DNA of 64,000 bases from Candidatus Eiseniibacteriota bacterium. GTDB lineage: Bacteria > Eisenbacteria > RBG-16-71-46 > CAVPCR01. The stretch is taken from NCBI GenBank assembly GCA_963702435.1, contig CAVPCR010000003.1:224001-288000 (forward strand), read 5' to 3'. The notes under the pieces were generated by a model. It was not told the origin of the DNA. It did no database searches and saw only the letters and a program-made list of their open reading frames with translations. The number at the start of each line of letters is the position of its first letter. Position 1 is the first letter of the stretch. Shown here in pieces: positions 50,127-60,376 of this stretch. The position numbers and the translations under genes are program-made.

Positions 50127-51564
50127 TCCTCCTTTTCGCCCGCGCCGGCGGCGGTCCGCCGGCGTCGAGCAGGTGCCCCAGCTTGTGCCGCTTGGTCGCC
50201 AGGTAGTCCATGTTGACCGCGTTCGGCGGGATCACGATCGGTACGCGCTCGACGATCGAGAGCCCGTAGGCCTCGAGGCCGACCACCTTCTTCGGATTGT
50301 TGGTGAGGAGGCGGATCCGGCGGACACCGAGGTCGGCGAGGATCTGGGCGCCGATCCCGTAGTCGCGGAGGTCCGCCTTGAACCCGAGCTCCTGGTTGGC
50401 CTCGACCGTGTCGAGGCCTTGATCTTGCAGACTGTAGGCCTTGAGCTTGTTGGCGAGGCCGATGCCCCGGCCTTCCTGCCGCATGTACAGGAAGACGCCG
50501 CGCCCGGCCGCCCGGATCATCTCGAGCGCCCGGTCCATCTGCTCGCCGCAATCGCAGCGCATCGAACCGAACACGTCTCCGGTCAGGCACTGCGAGTGCA
50601 CGCGCACGAGCACCGCCTCCGTCGCCGAGACGGTGCCGAGGACGAGCGCCACGTGATGGTCGCCGTCGAGGAGGCTCTGGTAGAGGTAGAGCTCGAACTC
50701 GCCGTGCCGCGTCGGGAGGATGGTCTCGACCATGCGCTCGACGAGCACCTCGGTGCGGCGCCGGTGGGCGATCAGATCGCGGATCGTGATGATCTTGAGG
50801 CCGAACTCGGCGGCCAGGCGCTTGAGCCGCGGCGCCCGCGCCATGCGGCCGTCGTCGTCCATGATCTCGCAGAGCACGCCGGTCGGATGGAGTCCGGCCA
50901 GGCGCGCGAGATCCACCGCCGCCTCGGTGTGCCCGGCCCGGCGCAGCACGCCGCCGCGCTCGGCGCGGAGCGGGAACACGTGTCCGGGGCGCGCGAACTC
51001 CTCGCCGCGCACGGCGGGATCCGCCAGCGCGCGCACCGTGCGCGCGCGGTCGTCCGCCGAGATCCCGGTCGTCATCCCGGGGAGGTAGTCAACCGAGACC
51101 GAGAACGCGGTCTGCATCGGCGCCGTGTTGTCGGCCACCATCGGCCGGAGCTCGAGCTCGTCGAGCCGCTCTCCGATCGCGGGCGCGCAGATGAGCCCGC
51201 GGCCGTGCGTGGCGAGGAAGTTGATCGCCTCCGGCGTCGCCTTCTCGGCGGCGAGGATGAAATCCCCCTCGTTCTCGCGGTCCTCGTCGTCGACGACGAT
51301 CACCATTCGCCCGCGGCGGATCTCCGCGATGGCCTCATCGATCGGATCGAAGCCGGGACTCGGCGCCGCGCCGTTCATCACCCGCGGCGCGGCGGACCGA
51401 GCGGACGAGGATGGCGCAGACGAGGATGCCCGAGAGGAGGTAGACGGCGCGGCCGTGCGAGGCGCGCTGCGGCGCCCCGGAGCGGCCGGCGCCGATCGCA
51501 GCTTCGCCTTCGGGCGCGCGCTCCGGGCCGGCGCCTTCGCCGCTCTGCTCTGCTTCGGTCTCAT
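50110..51564 (-). CDS. ribBA: Bifunctional DHBP synthase / GTP cyclohydrolase II
   Basis: [34 protein letters not shown]...[21 protein letters not shown]. The start may lie downstream of a low-complexity N-terminus of about 60 aa. Confidence 0.96.
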   Translation of the reverse strand: MRPKQSRAAKAPARSARPKAKLRSAPAAPGRRSAPRTAAPSTSSRASSSAPSSSARSAAPRVMNGAAPSPGFDPIDEAIAEIRRGRMVIVVDDEDRENEGDFILAAEKATPEAINFLATHGRGLICAPAIGERLDELELRPMVADNTAPMQTAFSVSVDYLPGMTTGISADDRARTVRALADPAVRGEEFARPGHVFPLRAERGGVLRRAGHTEAAVDLARLAGLHPTGVLCEIMDDDGRMARAPRLKRLAAEFGLKIITIRDLIAHRRRTEVLVERMVETILPTRHGEFELYLYQSLLDGDHHVALVLGTVSATEAVLVRVHSQCLTGDVFGSMRCDCGEQMDRALEMIRAAGRGVFLYMRQEGRGIGLANKLKAYSLQDQGLDTVEANQELGFKADLRDYGIGAQILADLGVRRIRLLTNNPKKVVGLEAYGLSIVERVPIVIPPNAVNMDYLATKRHKLGHLLDAGGPPPARAKRRSGSGS

Positions 51565-51589
51565 GCCGTGTGTCCCATCGCGTCGATCC

Positions 51590-52267
51590 TCACCCCTCCG
51601 GCGCGCCGCCGGGTCCGCGCAGATAGGTGGCCCAGTCCACCGGCGGCGCGGCCGGGTCGCCGCTCCCCGCCCCGGGGCGGCGGCCGACCAGATGCTCCAC
51701 GTATTTCGCCAGGATGTCGACCTCCACGTTCACGTGGTCGCCGCTTTGGAGGCGACTCAGGGTCGTGATCGCGAGCGAGTGCGGGATCAGGTACACCGAG
51801 AATTCCGCCCCGCGCGCCTCCCCCACGGTGAGGCTCACCCCGGAGAGCGCCACCGACCCCTTCGGCACGACGTAGCGTCCGAGCGCCGGATCGAGGAGCT
51901 CGAAGGCGAGCCGCTCGGAGGCCCCCTCGCGCGCTCGCGCGGCGAGGCGGGCCCGGCCGTCCACGTGCCCCTGCACCCAGTGCCCCTCGAGCCGCCCGCC
52001 GAGGGCGAGCGGTCGCTCGAGATTGACGTGGGCGCCCCGCCGCAGTTCCCCGAGGGTCGTCCGCCGGAGGGTCTCGGCGATCGCCTGGCACGAGGCCCGT
52101 CCGGGGGCCGCGCTGACCACCGTGAGACAGGCGCCGTCGACGGCCAGGGATCCGCCCACCCCAAGCTCCCCCCATGCCTCCGGGACGGCGAGCGTGAGAC
52201 GCACCCCGTCCCCTTCCGGAAGGGCGCCCATCACCTCGCCGATGCCTTCGATGATCCCGGTGAACAC
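51590..52267 (-). CDS. ribE: Riboflavin synthase
   Basis: MFTGIIE N-terminus, GACLT, VNLERPL...[32 protein letters not shown]. Confidence 0.95.
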   Translation of the reverse strand: MFTGIIEGIGEVMGALPEGDGVRLTLAVPEAWGELGVGGSLAVDGACLTVVSAAPGRASCQAIAETLRRTTLGELRRGAHVNLERPLALGGRLEGHWVQGHVDGRARLAARAREGASERLAFELLDPALGRYVVPKGSVALSGVSLTVGEARGAEFSVYLIPHSLAITTLSRLQSGDHVNVEVDILAKYVEHLVGRRPGAGSGDPAAPPVDWATYLRGPGGAPEG

Positions 52268-52289
52268 GTGTTCTCCACTGACCTGTGGC

Positions 52290-53456
52290 TCAGCGCCCGG
52301 ACCGGCGCGGCGGTCCGGGCCGCCCCACCTCCCCGCTCACGACGAGGTCCGCGCCGAGACGCCTGACCCGGACGCCCGCGAGCCGGATCCCGGCGGCCAG
52401 ATCCCGGATGCCCAGGGCCCCGGCCCACGCCAGATGCTCGCCGCCGAGCACGAGCGGCGCCAGAAACAGCGTCAGGCGTCCTGCGAGCCCCCGGGAGAGC
52501 AGCCCGGTAGCCAGTCCGGCTCCACCCTCCACCAGGACCCGCCGGGCCCCACGTAGGGCCAGGAGCGCCATGGCCGCTCCGAGGTCGATCTCGTCCCCGC
52601 TTGCGACCCTTCCGCGCGGGCCGGGGATGGCCAGGATCTCGACCCCCGGCCGGACGAGCCGTCGCGCCCGCCGGCTGTCGGCGGCCTCCGGCGTCGTCAA
52701 GATCCAGGTCGGCGCCTGCCCGTCGGAGAGGACGCGGGCCGCGGGCGGCAGATCCAGCCGGCCGCTCACGACGACCCGCAGCGGGTTCGACCCGGGCACG
52801 TGGCGCACCGTGAGGGCAGGATCATCTTCTCGCACCGTGCCCGCCCCGACCACCACGGCGTCGGCCCGCGCCCGGAGGCGATGCGCCTCCCGGCGGGCCG
52901 GGGGCCCCGTGATCCAGCGGGCGGCGCCGCTCGCGAGCGCCAGGCGCCCGTCGAGGCTCGCCGCGAGCTTGAGCTCGACGAGCGGAAGCCCGGTCCTCTG
53001 GTAGTGATCGTAGGCCGCATTGAGCGCTCCCGCGGCCTCCGCCAGCACCCCCGTCTCGACCGCGACTCCGGCCCGGCGGAGCCGGCGGAGGCCCCGCCCG
53101 CGCACCCGCGGATCCAGATCGCGGGCGCCCACCACCACGCGGCGGATCCCCGCGGCGAGGAGCGCCGGCGTGCAGGGAGGCGTGAGCCCCGCGTGATCGC
53201 ACGGCTCGAGGGTGACGTACATCGTCGCCCCGCGGGCCGCGCGGCCCGCGCGGACGAGCGCCACGGCCTCGGCGTGCGGGCCGCCGCGCCGGCGGTGGTA
53301 GCCCTCGCCGACGATCCGCCCATCGCGCACGACGACCGCGCCGACGAACGGATTGGGATGGGGCCGGCCGCGCCGGGCCAGGGCGAGCGCGCGCAGCATG
53401 AACGCCCGATCGCGTTCGCTGCTCGCGCCTGCGCCTCCTCTCACCCGCGCCGTCAT
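52290..53456 (-). CDS. ribD: Bifunctional pyrimidine deaminase/reductase RibD
   Basis: [18 protein letters not shown]...[25 protein letters not shown] 53456 follows AAGGA. Confidence 0.94.
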   Translation of the reverse strand: MTARVRGGAGASSERDRAFMLRALALARRGRPHPNPFVGAVVVRDGRIVGEGYHRRRGGPHAEAVALVRAGRAARGATMYVTLEPCDHAGLTPPCTPALLAAGIRRVVVGARDLDPRVRGRGLRRLRRAGVAVETGVLAEAAGALNAAYDHYQRTGLPLVELKLAASLDGRLALASGAARWITGPPARREAHRLRARADAVVVGAGTVREDDPALTVRHVPGSNPLRVVVSGRLDLPPAARVLSDGQAPTWILTTPEAADSRRARRLVRPGVEILAIPGPRGRVASGDEIDLGAAMALLALRGARRVLVEGGAGLATGLLSRGLAGRLTLFLAPLVLGGEHLAWAGALGIRDLAAGIRLAGVRVRRLGADLVVSGEVGRPGPPRRSGR

Positions 53457-53522
53457 GGTTCCCGTCCTTGCTGGTGCACGGCGATCGGCGCCGGCCGCCC
53501 GCGGTCCGCCGCGCCACCCTGG

Positions 53523-53576
53523 CCCTCCGCAGATTCCCACGCGCATGATCAAATTCCTGCGCGGTGGGCCGGAGGG
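53523..53576 (-). promoter_or_regulatory. Long imperfect hairpin in the ribD leader
   Basis: Minus strand CCCTCCG-G-CCCAC-C-GCGCA-GGAATTTGATCA-TGCGC-GTGGG-AATCTG-CGGAGGG, 17 bp in three helices. Confidence 0.5.
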
Positions 53577-53645
53577 ATACAGGCGCCGCCGGCACGCCTG
53601 CCGAGCGCGAGCGGGGCGCCCGACGGCTGCATGCGAAAGCAGACG

Positions 53646-53674
53646 ATCGTACGCGCCGGCCGCGCGACCGTCAA
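53646..53674 (-). promoter_or_regulatory. Putative sigma70 promoter of the rib operon
   Basis: TTGACG-17nt-TACGAT, near consensus; predicts a leader of about 180 nt before ribD. Confidence 0.65.
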
Positions 53675-53848
53675 GGCGAGCGCCGCCTTTCACGTTGACC
53701 GGTCGGAACTTGGCGCGATACGCTGAGGCCGCCGTGGGCGCGCCCCTCGTGAGGACCGGCCCGGCGCGACCGGCGCCGTCCGTTCCGGCGCGGTCGCCGC
53801 GGCCTACCCGCAGCGGCGATCCGCAGGCGCCCGTGATGCATGCCTCCC

Positions 53849-54574
53849 ATGAGTGACGACCGCGAGCTCAAGCTCTCCATCATCATCCCGGCCTACAACG
53901 AGCGGGCGACGATCTCGACGATCATCGACCGCGTGAACCGGGTCGACCTGCCCAAGGAGATCATCGTCGTCGACGACGGCTCGCGCGACGGCACGGCCGA
54001 GGTTCTCCGCCAGAAGCTGGCCGGCCACGCCGTCAGCTTCGTGCACACATCGCTCGTCAACCTCGGCAAGGGCGCCTCGATCCGCTACGGGCTGCAGCAC
54101 GTCCGCGGCGACGTGGTCATCATCCAGGACGCGGATCTCGAGCTCGATCCCGAGGACTACCACCGGATCCTCGCCGCCTTTCGCGACCGGCGGGCCGACG
54201 TGGTGTACGGATCGCGCTTCCTCGAGCGCGGCTACTTCCGCGCCTATCCGGCGGTCAACTTCGGCAACAAGCTCGCCAACTTCGTCCTGGCCTGGGCGGT
54301 GCGCCTCCTCTGGCACGTCCACATCACCGACGAGGCCACCTCGTACAAGGCGTTCCGCACCGCGGTGATCAAGTCGATGGATCTCCGCTGCGTGGGCTTC
54401 GAGTTCTGCCCCGAGATCACGGCCAAGGTCCTCAACCGCGGCTACGTGATCCACGAGGTGCCGATCCACTACCATCCGCGCACGGTGGCCGAAGGCAAGA
54501 AGGTGCGGTGGTTCGACGGGGTGAAGGCGCTCTATGTCCTCCTCAAGTACCGCTTCGTCGCGCGGAACGAGTGA
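53849..54574 (+). CDS. GT2 glycosyltransferase, polyprenol-phosphate sugar synthase (DPM1-like)
   Basis: LSIIIPAYNE, VDDGSRDGT, NLGKG, IQDADLELDP, VVYGSRF, EVPIHYHPR...GKK. Confidence 0.9.
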   Translation: MSDDRELKLSIIIPAYNERATISTIIDRVNRVDLPKEIIVVDDGSRDGTAEVLRQKLAGHAVSFVHTSLVNLGKGASIRYGLQHVRGDVVIIQDADLELDPEDYHRILAAFRDRRADVVYGSRFLERGYFRAYPAVNFGNKLANFVLAWAVRLLWHVHITDEATSYKAFRTAVIKSMDLRCVGFEFCPEITAKVLNRGYVIHEVPIHYHPRTVAEGKKVRWFDGVKALYVLLKYRFVARNE

Positions 54575-56177
54575 CGGCGGGACGGCCCGCCGCCCGGCAG
54601 GCCGCGCCGCCCTCCCCGGCCGCCTCTTCGTCTTCTCCCTCCTCGCCTATCTCCTGCTCGGGAGCGGCCTGATCGCCTCCTCGGACGGCCTGACCATGTA
54701 CACGCTCGCCGAGAGCATGCTCGCCGGGCGGCTCGCGATCCCCGAGGGGAACGGCAAGATCGGGCGGGACGGGCTCCTCTACGCGAAGGCCGACCCCGGG
54801 CAGGCGGTGATCGCGCTCCCGCTCGTCGCCGCCGGCCGGGCGAGCGCGGCGCTCCTTCCCCCCGGCGCGCTCCGCGCGCTCTGGCCGCGGAGCCTGGCCT
54901 CGACCCTGAACGCCTTCGCCGGGGCGGCCGCCGTCCTCGCCTTCTTCTCGCTCCTGACGGCCCTCGGTTACCCGACCCGGTCCTCGCTCGTCCTCTGCCT
55001 GGGCCTCGCCTTCGCGACCCCGCTCCTCCCCTACGCGAAGTCGTTCCTCCGCGAGCCGCTCCTCATGCTGTGCATGACCGCCGCGTTCCTCGCTCTGCGC
55101 CGCCACGCCGCCGCCGCGGCGAGCGGGAACGCTCTCTTCGCCCGGTCGCGGGAGCCTCTCGCCGCCGGGCTCTGGCTCGGCGCGGGGATGGTGATCAAGG
55201 CGAGTCTCGCCCTGAACGTCCCCCTCCTCCTCGCCTACCTCATGGCGACCACGCGGCAGCACCCGGGCTGCCGGCGGGCGATCCTCTCCTTCCTCGCGGG
55301 GCCCGCCGCCGGCGCGGCGCTCCTCGCGCTCTACAACGCGCACCGTTTCGGAAACCCGATGACGAGCGGCTACGACCCGACCGTCGACAACTTCTCGACG
55401 CCGCTTCTCGTCGGCCTCTACGGCCAGCTCTTGAGCTCGGGGAAGAGCATCTTCCTCTACGCACCGCTCGGCATCGCCGCGCTCTTCGCCCTCCCCGCCT
55501 TCGCCCGCCGCCACCGCGCGGAGGCGGCGACCGCGCTCGCGATCTTCACCGCCAATGTCGTCTTCCACGCCAAGTTCGCCTCGTGGGCGGGCGAAGGGAG
55601 CTGGGGCCCGCGCTACATCGTTCCCTTCCTTCCCTTCCTCCTGCTCCCGGCGATCGAGCTCGCGGCGGCCGCCGACCGCGCGCGGCGGCGGGCCGCAGCG
55701 CTCGCGCTCGCCCTCGGTCTCCTCGTCCAGATCGGCGGCACCGCCATCTACTACGGCTCGTACATGCGCGATCTCGGGGAGTACCCCTACGAGCGCAACT
55801 TCTCGGACCCCCTGTTCATGGTGCGCTCGCACTTCGTGCCGAACTACAGCCCGCTGGTCGGGCACTGGCGGCTCCTCAACCGCAACGCCGCCCTCCTCCT
55901 CGATCCGGCGCTCCGCCCGCAGCTCACGCCGCGGACCGATGTCGCAGGACGGTTGCCGCTGGCGGCGGCCGACCGCGAAGAGCTGCGCTACGTCGTGGAT
56001 TTCTGGTTCTGCTACCTGCTCTACGCCCGGATGCCGGCCGCGCTCATCCTGGTCCCGCTCGCCGCGCTCCTCGCGCTCACGCTCGGGGCCGGCGTGGGGC
56101 TCGCGCGGGCCGCGCGCGCAGCACCCGGCCAGGGCTTCGACGAGGCCGCGCCACGGCACCCGGCGGGGCCGCGCTAG
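54534..56177 (+). CDS. Multi-TM membrane protein, probable GT-C glycosyltransferase (start uncertain)
   Basis: First-loop SSDG acidic motif, YAKSFLREP, about 11 TMs, LYN..RFG, SWGPRYIVP; directly after the DPM1-like GT2. Confidence 0.65.
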   Translation: MSSSSTASSRGTSDGGTARRPAGRAALPGRLFVFSLLAYLLLGSGLIASSDGLTMYTLAESMLAGRLAIPEGNGKIGRDGLLYAKADPGQAVIALPLVAAGRASAALLPPGALRALWPRSLASTLNAFAGAAAVLAFFSLLTALGYPTRSSLVLCLGLAFATPLLPYAKSFLREPLLMLCMTAAFLALRRHAAAAASGNALFARSREPLAAGLWLGAGMVIKASLALNVPLLLAYLMATTRQHPGCRRAILSFLAGPAAGAALLALYNAHRFGNPMTSGYDPTVDNFSTPLLVGLYGQLLSSGKSIFLYAPLGIAALFALPAFARRHRAEAATALAIFTANVVFHAKFASWAGEGSWGPRYIVPFLPFLLLPAIELAAAADRARRRAAALALALGLLVQIGGTAIYYGSYMRDLGEYPYERNFSDPLFMVRSHFVPNYSPLVGHWRLLNRNAALLLDPALRPQLTPRTDVAGRLPLAAADREELRYVVDFWFCYLLYARMPAALILVPLAALLALTLGAGVGLARAARAAPGQGFDEAAPRHPAGPR

Positions 56178-57505
56178 GGCGCGCAGGGCAGGCGGGCGCC
56201 GGCCGCGGCGAGTGAATCGGCGCGCGGGTCGTCCGGGAAGCGGCTAAGGAAGTCGCGGATCCGCGCGGCGAGGAGCCGGCAATCGGCGGGTTCCGCCGGA
56301 GCGCTCGCCGCCGCCTCCGGTTCGTCCGTCCCCGCTCCCACCGTGAGCTCGATCGCGCGCGCCGCCCACGACGCGGCGAGCTCGACCTCCGCCTCCTCGC
56401 GCGAGAAACGCTCGTAGAGCGCGGCGAGGTTCCGCGCGCTCGCCCGATCGGGATCGGGGCCGGCCGCCGCCTCGGCCGCCGCGAGGCGGAGCGCCCGCGC
56501 CCCGCGGGCGCCCGGCGAGGGATCCCCCGCCGGCCAGGTCGCGAGCAGCGAATCGAGCACCACCCCCGCCCTGGCCGGCTCGCCGCGCGCGAGGAGATCG
56601 CGCGCCGGAGCCAGGTCCGCGGGTGAGGGGAACGACCCGACCCGGTAGTCCCCCTCGCTCTTCATCACGCTCGAGCCGACGGCGCTGCGCCCGCCCCGAA
56701 AGTGGGCTGCATCCGCGGCGCCGGGCGCCGCGCGAGCCGGCGCGGCCCGTTCGGTCTCGACCCAGCTCTCCGTCAGGACGGCCTCGTTCGCCGGTGCCGC
56801 GGCCGGCGGTACGGCCGGCGCCAGGCGCGACGGGGAGGACGGCATGATGTCGCCCTCGTCCCGTGCGCCCTCCGCAGCGCTCTTCGCCATCGTCTGGAGC
56901 TTGCCGGCCGCGCCCGGCTCGCTTGCCGGCGCCGGCGCCCGCGCCTCGCCGGCCCCTCCCGCGCGCGCGTCATCGCTCCCCGCCACGGGGGCGTCGCGAT
57001 GGCCGGCATCACCGGCATCAGCATCACCGGCATCAGATGTGCTCTGCAGCGTGGCCGGCGGGGTCTCGCGGCTCCGCGCCGCTTCGTCCTCCCTCCGGCT
57101 CCCCATGAAGGTCACCGACTCGAAGCGCAGGACGAGGAGGAGAACCACGGCCGCCGCCGCCACCGGCACGAGCCGCGGCCAGGTGAGGCCCCCGACCCGC
57201 GATCGCCACCCCCGCCGCGCGTGAACCGGAGCTCGCTCCGGCCCCGGAGCGCCCTCCGGAGCGGCCTCCGCGGCGATCTGCGTGCGCACACGCGCCGCAA
57301 GCGCACCGAGCGCGGCCACCGACGGCTCGGCCGCGTCGAGCGCGAGCACCGCCCGATCGCCGTGCTCGAGCGCGGCGTACTCGGCCTGACACCCGGCGCA
57401 GGCGGCCAGATGCGCGGCGACCGCCGCCGCCTCGTGGGGAGCAAGCTCCCGATCCGCGTACGCGCCGAGCAGCGCCCGGACATCGCGGCAATCTCGCACT
57501 TTCAT
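56174..57505 (-). CDS. Zinc-binding anti-sigma factor (zf-HC2) with TM and extracytoplasmic tail
   Basis: CRDVRALL.AY.D.EL...HLAACAGC (HxxxCxxC), one TM, ATGA-coupled to the ECF sigma gene. Confidence 0.85.
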   Translation of the reverse strand: MKVRDCRDVRALLGAYADRELAPHEAAAVAAHLAACAGCQAEYAALEHGDRAVLALDAAEPSVAALGALAARVRTQIAAEAAPEGAPGPERAPVHARRGWRSRVGGLTWPRLVPVAAAAVVLLLVLRFESVTFMGSRREDEAARSRETPPATLQSTSDAGDADAGDAGHRDAPVAGSDDARAGGAGEARAPAPASEPGAAGKLQTMAKSAAEGARDEGDIMPSSPSRLAPAVPPAAAPANEAVLTESWVETERAAPARAAPGAADAAHFRGGRSAVGSSVMKSEGDYRVGSFPSPADLAPARDLLARGEPARAGVVLDSLLATWPAGDPSPGARGARALRLAAAEAAAGPDPDRASARNLAALYERFSREEAEVELAASWAARAIELTVGAGTDEPEAAASAPAEPADCRLLAARIRDFLSRFPDDPRADSLAAAGARLPCAP

Positions 57506-58200
57506 CGGTAGTCCTCGCCGGCGCGTCCCCGATCGCGCTCGTCATCCAGCTCGCGGCGCAGCGCCGCCCGCGCCCGCGCCAGGCGCGACATCACCGTGCC
57601 CCGCGGGATCGCGAGCACGGTCGCGATCTCGTCGTACTCGAGCCCCTCGCGCACCCGGAGCCAGAGGATCGCCTGGTGATCCCGTTCGAGGCGACCGAAG
57701 GCGCTCTCGGCCCGCCGCCTGAGCTCCTCTCCCGCGGCCACGCTCTCGGGAGAAGGATCCGGACTCGGGATCGGCAGGACCGTCCCGGCCTCGTCCACCA
57801 GGGGAACCGGGCTCGGCCGCACCTTCCGGCGCCGCCAGGCATCGCGCGCCAGGTTCAAGGCGATGGTCAGGAGCCAGGGGCGAAACGGCTCTCCTCGCTT
57901 GAACTTGCCGAGCGCAGTGAAAGCCCGGACGAAGGTCTCCTGGACCAGATCATCCCGATCATCGGGATCGCTCACCAGACGTCCGATGACTCGCGTGACC
58001 AGGGCGCCGTAGGCATGCACCAGGGCAGCGAAGGCGGCGCTGTCTCCCTGCGAGGCAGCCACGACCCAGCCCGCCACGAGCGCGGGGTCCGGACCCCGCT
58101 CCGGGGCGAACCGGGCACCCGCGGCCGCCGCCGGAGCGGGCGCCGCCGGAGCGCCGGCCGTGGCCGGGCGGGGCAACGGTGGCGACGGCTCCCTTCGCAT
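57502..58200 (-). CDS. ECF (sigma-70 family) RNA polymerase sigma factor
   Basis: GDSAAFAALV, DDLVQETFVRAF, FRPWLLTIALN, GLEYDEIA..L.IPRGTVMSRLARAR; start uncertain. Confidence 0.92.
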   Translation of the reverse strand: MRREPSPPLPRPATAGAPAAPAPAAAAGARFAPERGPDPALVAGWVVAASQGDSAAFAALVHAYGALVTRVIGRLVSDPDDRDDLVQETFVRAFTALGKFKRGEPFRPWLLTIALNLARDAWRRRKVRPSPVPLVDEAGTVLPIPSPDPSPESVAAGEELRRRAESAFGRLERDHQAILWLRVREGLEYDEIATVLAIPRGTVMSRLARARAALRRELDDERDRGRAGEDYR

Positions 58201-58279
58201 CCAGTCCCTTGTACGCGGGAGAGGGCCCGATATTCCCGGGCCGACGACCGGCGAGTCCGGGGCGATCGAGGTCCCGCGG

Positions 58280-58477
58280 CTAGCGCGGCCGCTCCCCCGG
58301 CTCACCGATTGGGTGGCTGGTCGCGTCGATGATGTCGCGGGGATCGAGCTCCGGGATCGAGCGCCGCGCCGGCGGCGGCGGCACCGGGCGCGGTGGCCGG
58401 CGCGTGCCGCGGAAGAGCCGGAGCAGGGTCACGCCGAGCAAGAAGTAGAGGATCGCGCGGAGGAGGTAGGCCCACAT
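58280..58477 (-). CDS. Small single-TM hypothetical protein (65 aa)
   Basis: MWAYLLRAILYFLLGVTLLRLFR TM, Pro-rich linker, acidic ELDPRDIIDA tail; upstream of the ECF sigma gene. Confidence 0.5.
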   Translation of the reverse strand: MWAYLLRAILYFLLGVTLLRLFRGTRRPPRPVPPPPARRSIPELDPRDIIDATSHPIGEPGERPR

Positions 58478-58586
58478 GATTCTGGCGACCGGCGCGCTTC
58501 CGCCCTCCCCTCCGGAGAGCCGGAGACAACGCTCGCGCATGCTACCACCGGGGGCCGGCATCGACAATCGGCGCCGGCGGCGGTGG

Positions 58587-60314
58587 ATGCGCGTGCCGCT
58601 GGAGCTCCGTCGCGTCCTCGCGCCGCGCCGCGCCCTCGCCGCCGCCGCCCTGCTCCTCCAGCTCGCCGCCACGGGGCCGCTCGGCGCCGCGCCGCTCGCC
58701 GGCGACAGCCCGGCCGCGGACAGCGTCGGCGCACGCCTTCGCAACTTCCACGATGTGCTCCGGCTCGTCCGCGCCAACTACGTGGACGAGGTGGATGCGC
58801 CGGCCCTCGTCGACGCGGCGATCGCGAGCCTCCTCACCGGGCTCGACCCGCACTCGAACTACATCGATCCCCGGCGCTTCGAGCAGATCAGCGAGCGCAA
58901 CCGCGGCGACTACGACGGCATCGGGATCTCCTTCGCGCTCCGCGGCGGCGAGATCGTCGTCGTCTCCGCCATCGAGGGGACCCCCGGCGACCGGCTCGGC
59001 ATCCGGCCCGGCGACACGATCGTCGAGATCGACGGCGAGCTAGCTCGCGACTGGGACGAGAATCAGGTCTTCGCGCGCCTCCGCGGGCCGGAGGGATCGC
59101 GGGTGCGGCTGGGCATCCGGAGCGCCGGCACGGCGGAGATCATGGCGGTCGAGATCGTGCGGGCCCGCATCCCGATCAAGAGCGTGCCCTACTGGTTCAT
59201 GCTCGACGGCGAGACCGGGTACATCCGCATGATCCGCTTCTCGGCGACGAGCGCCGAGGAGATCGCAACGGCTCTCGCCGAGCTCTCGCGCGCCGGGATG
59301 CGACAGCTCCTCCTCGACCTCCGCGGGAACCCCGGCGGCTACCTCGAGCAGGCCGTGGCGATCGCCGACCAGCTCATCCCCGGCGATCGACTGGTCGTGG
59401 CGACCCGCGGGCGCGTCCTCGGTGCGAGCGGAGAGCACCGCACCACCGGGAGCGCGCGGTATGCCGATCTGCCGCTCGTCGTCCTCATCAACCACGGCAC
59501 CGCCTCGGCGGCCGAGATCGTGGCCGGCGCCGTCCAGGACTGGGACCGCGGCCTGGTCGCCGGCGTGACGAGCTTCGGCAAGGGACTCGTCCAGCGCCAG
59601 TACCGGCTCGCCGACGGGTCCGCCCTCTTCCTGACCGTCGGCCGGTACTACACGCCGGCCGGGCGCCTGATCCAGCGCGACTATGCGGCGGACAAGGTGA
59701 GCTACTACGCCGCGGCCTACGACGACGTGGACCCCAACGCCGCGCCGACCGACTCGGCCGATGCCGCGTGCTCGCGCCACCTCACCGCCGCCGGACGGGT
59801 GGTGCGGGGCGGCGGCGGCATCACCCCCGATGTCCCGCTCGAGCCCGCAGCGGCGAGCGACCGCATCTCGGCCCTCGAGCGCACCCAGGTGGCGTTCACC
59901 TTCGCCAACCGCTACCTTGTGGAGAGCGGCTTTGCCTACCCGGAGGGGAGCTCGCACTTCCTCGCCCACTACGAACCGGATGAGGAGGTCTGGAAGGCCT
60001 TCCTCGAGCACGCCGCAGGGGCGGATCTCAAGCTCGGGGGGGCGGATCTCGCGGCCGAGCGGCCGGCGATCCTCGCCAGCGTGAAGCAGGAGATGGCCGG
60101 CCGCCTGTGGGGGCCCACCGCGCGCTACCGGGTCCTGATCGCGAACGATGCCGTCGTCGCTCGCGCGCGGGAGCTCTTCCCGGAGGCGAGTGCGCTCCTC
60201 GCCCTCGATGCCGCGATGGACGACGCGCCCGGCCCCGCCCCGACCCTGGATCCGGCCCTTCCCAGGGAGACCCGCCCGGGTGAGAATCTCCGGGGTAGAC
60301 AGCTGGATGACTGA
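58587..60314 (+). CDS. ctpA: S41 family C-terminal processing peptidase with PDZ domain, copy 1
   Basis: LDPHSNY, GIGISF, DLRGNPGG, TASAAEIVAGAVQDWDRG, SFGKGLVQ, RYYTPAGR. Confidence 0.88.
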   Translation: MRVPLELRRVLAPRRALAAAALLLQLAATGPLGAAPLAGDSPAADSVGARLRNFHDVLRLVRANYVDEVDAPALVDAAIASLLTGLDPHSNYIDPRRFEQISERNRGDYDGIGISFALRGGEIVVVSAIEGTPGDRLGIRPGDTIVEIDGELARDWDENQVFARLRGPEGSRVRLGIRSAGTAEIMAVEIVRARIPIKSVPYWFMLDGETGYIRMIRFSATSAEEIATALAELSRAGMRQLLLDLRGNPGGYLEQAVAIADQLIPGDRLVVATRGRVLGASGEHRTTGSARYADLPLVVLINHGTASAAEIVAGAVQDWDRGLVAGVTSFGKGLVQRQYRLADGSALFLTVGRYYTPAGRLIQRDYAADKVSYYAAAYDDVDPNAAPTDSADAACSRHLTAAGRVVRGGGGITPDVPLEPAAASDRISALERTQVAFTFANRYLVESGFAYPEGSSHFLAHYEPDEEVWKAFLEHAAGADLKLGGADLAAERPAILASVKQEMAGRLWGPTARYRVLIANDAVVARARELFPEASALLALDAAMDDAPGPAPTLDPALPRETRPGENLRGRQLDD

Positions 60315-60376
60315 CCCCCGTGAGGGGCCCCCGGGACCGCTCGGACGACGGCGGCGCGTGCCGCCCGAGGAAGGAC

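Noticed and set aside
53690..53725. FMN-riboswitch-like fragment (AAGTTCCGACCGG on the minus strand)
   Set aside because: Only a short partial resemblance, located upstream of the predicted -35 and lacking the other conserved RFN segments.
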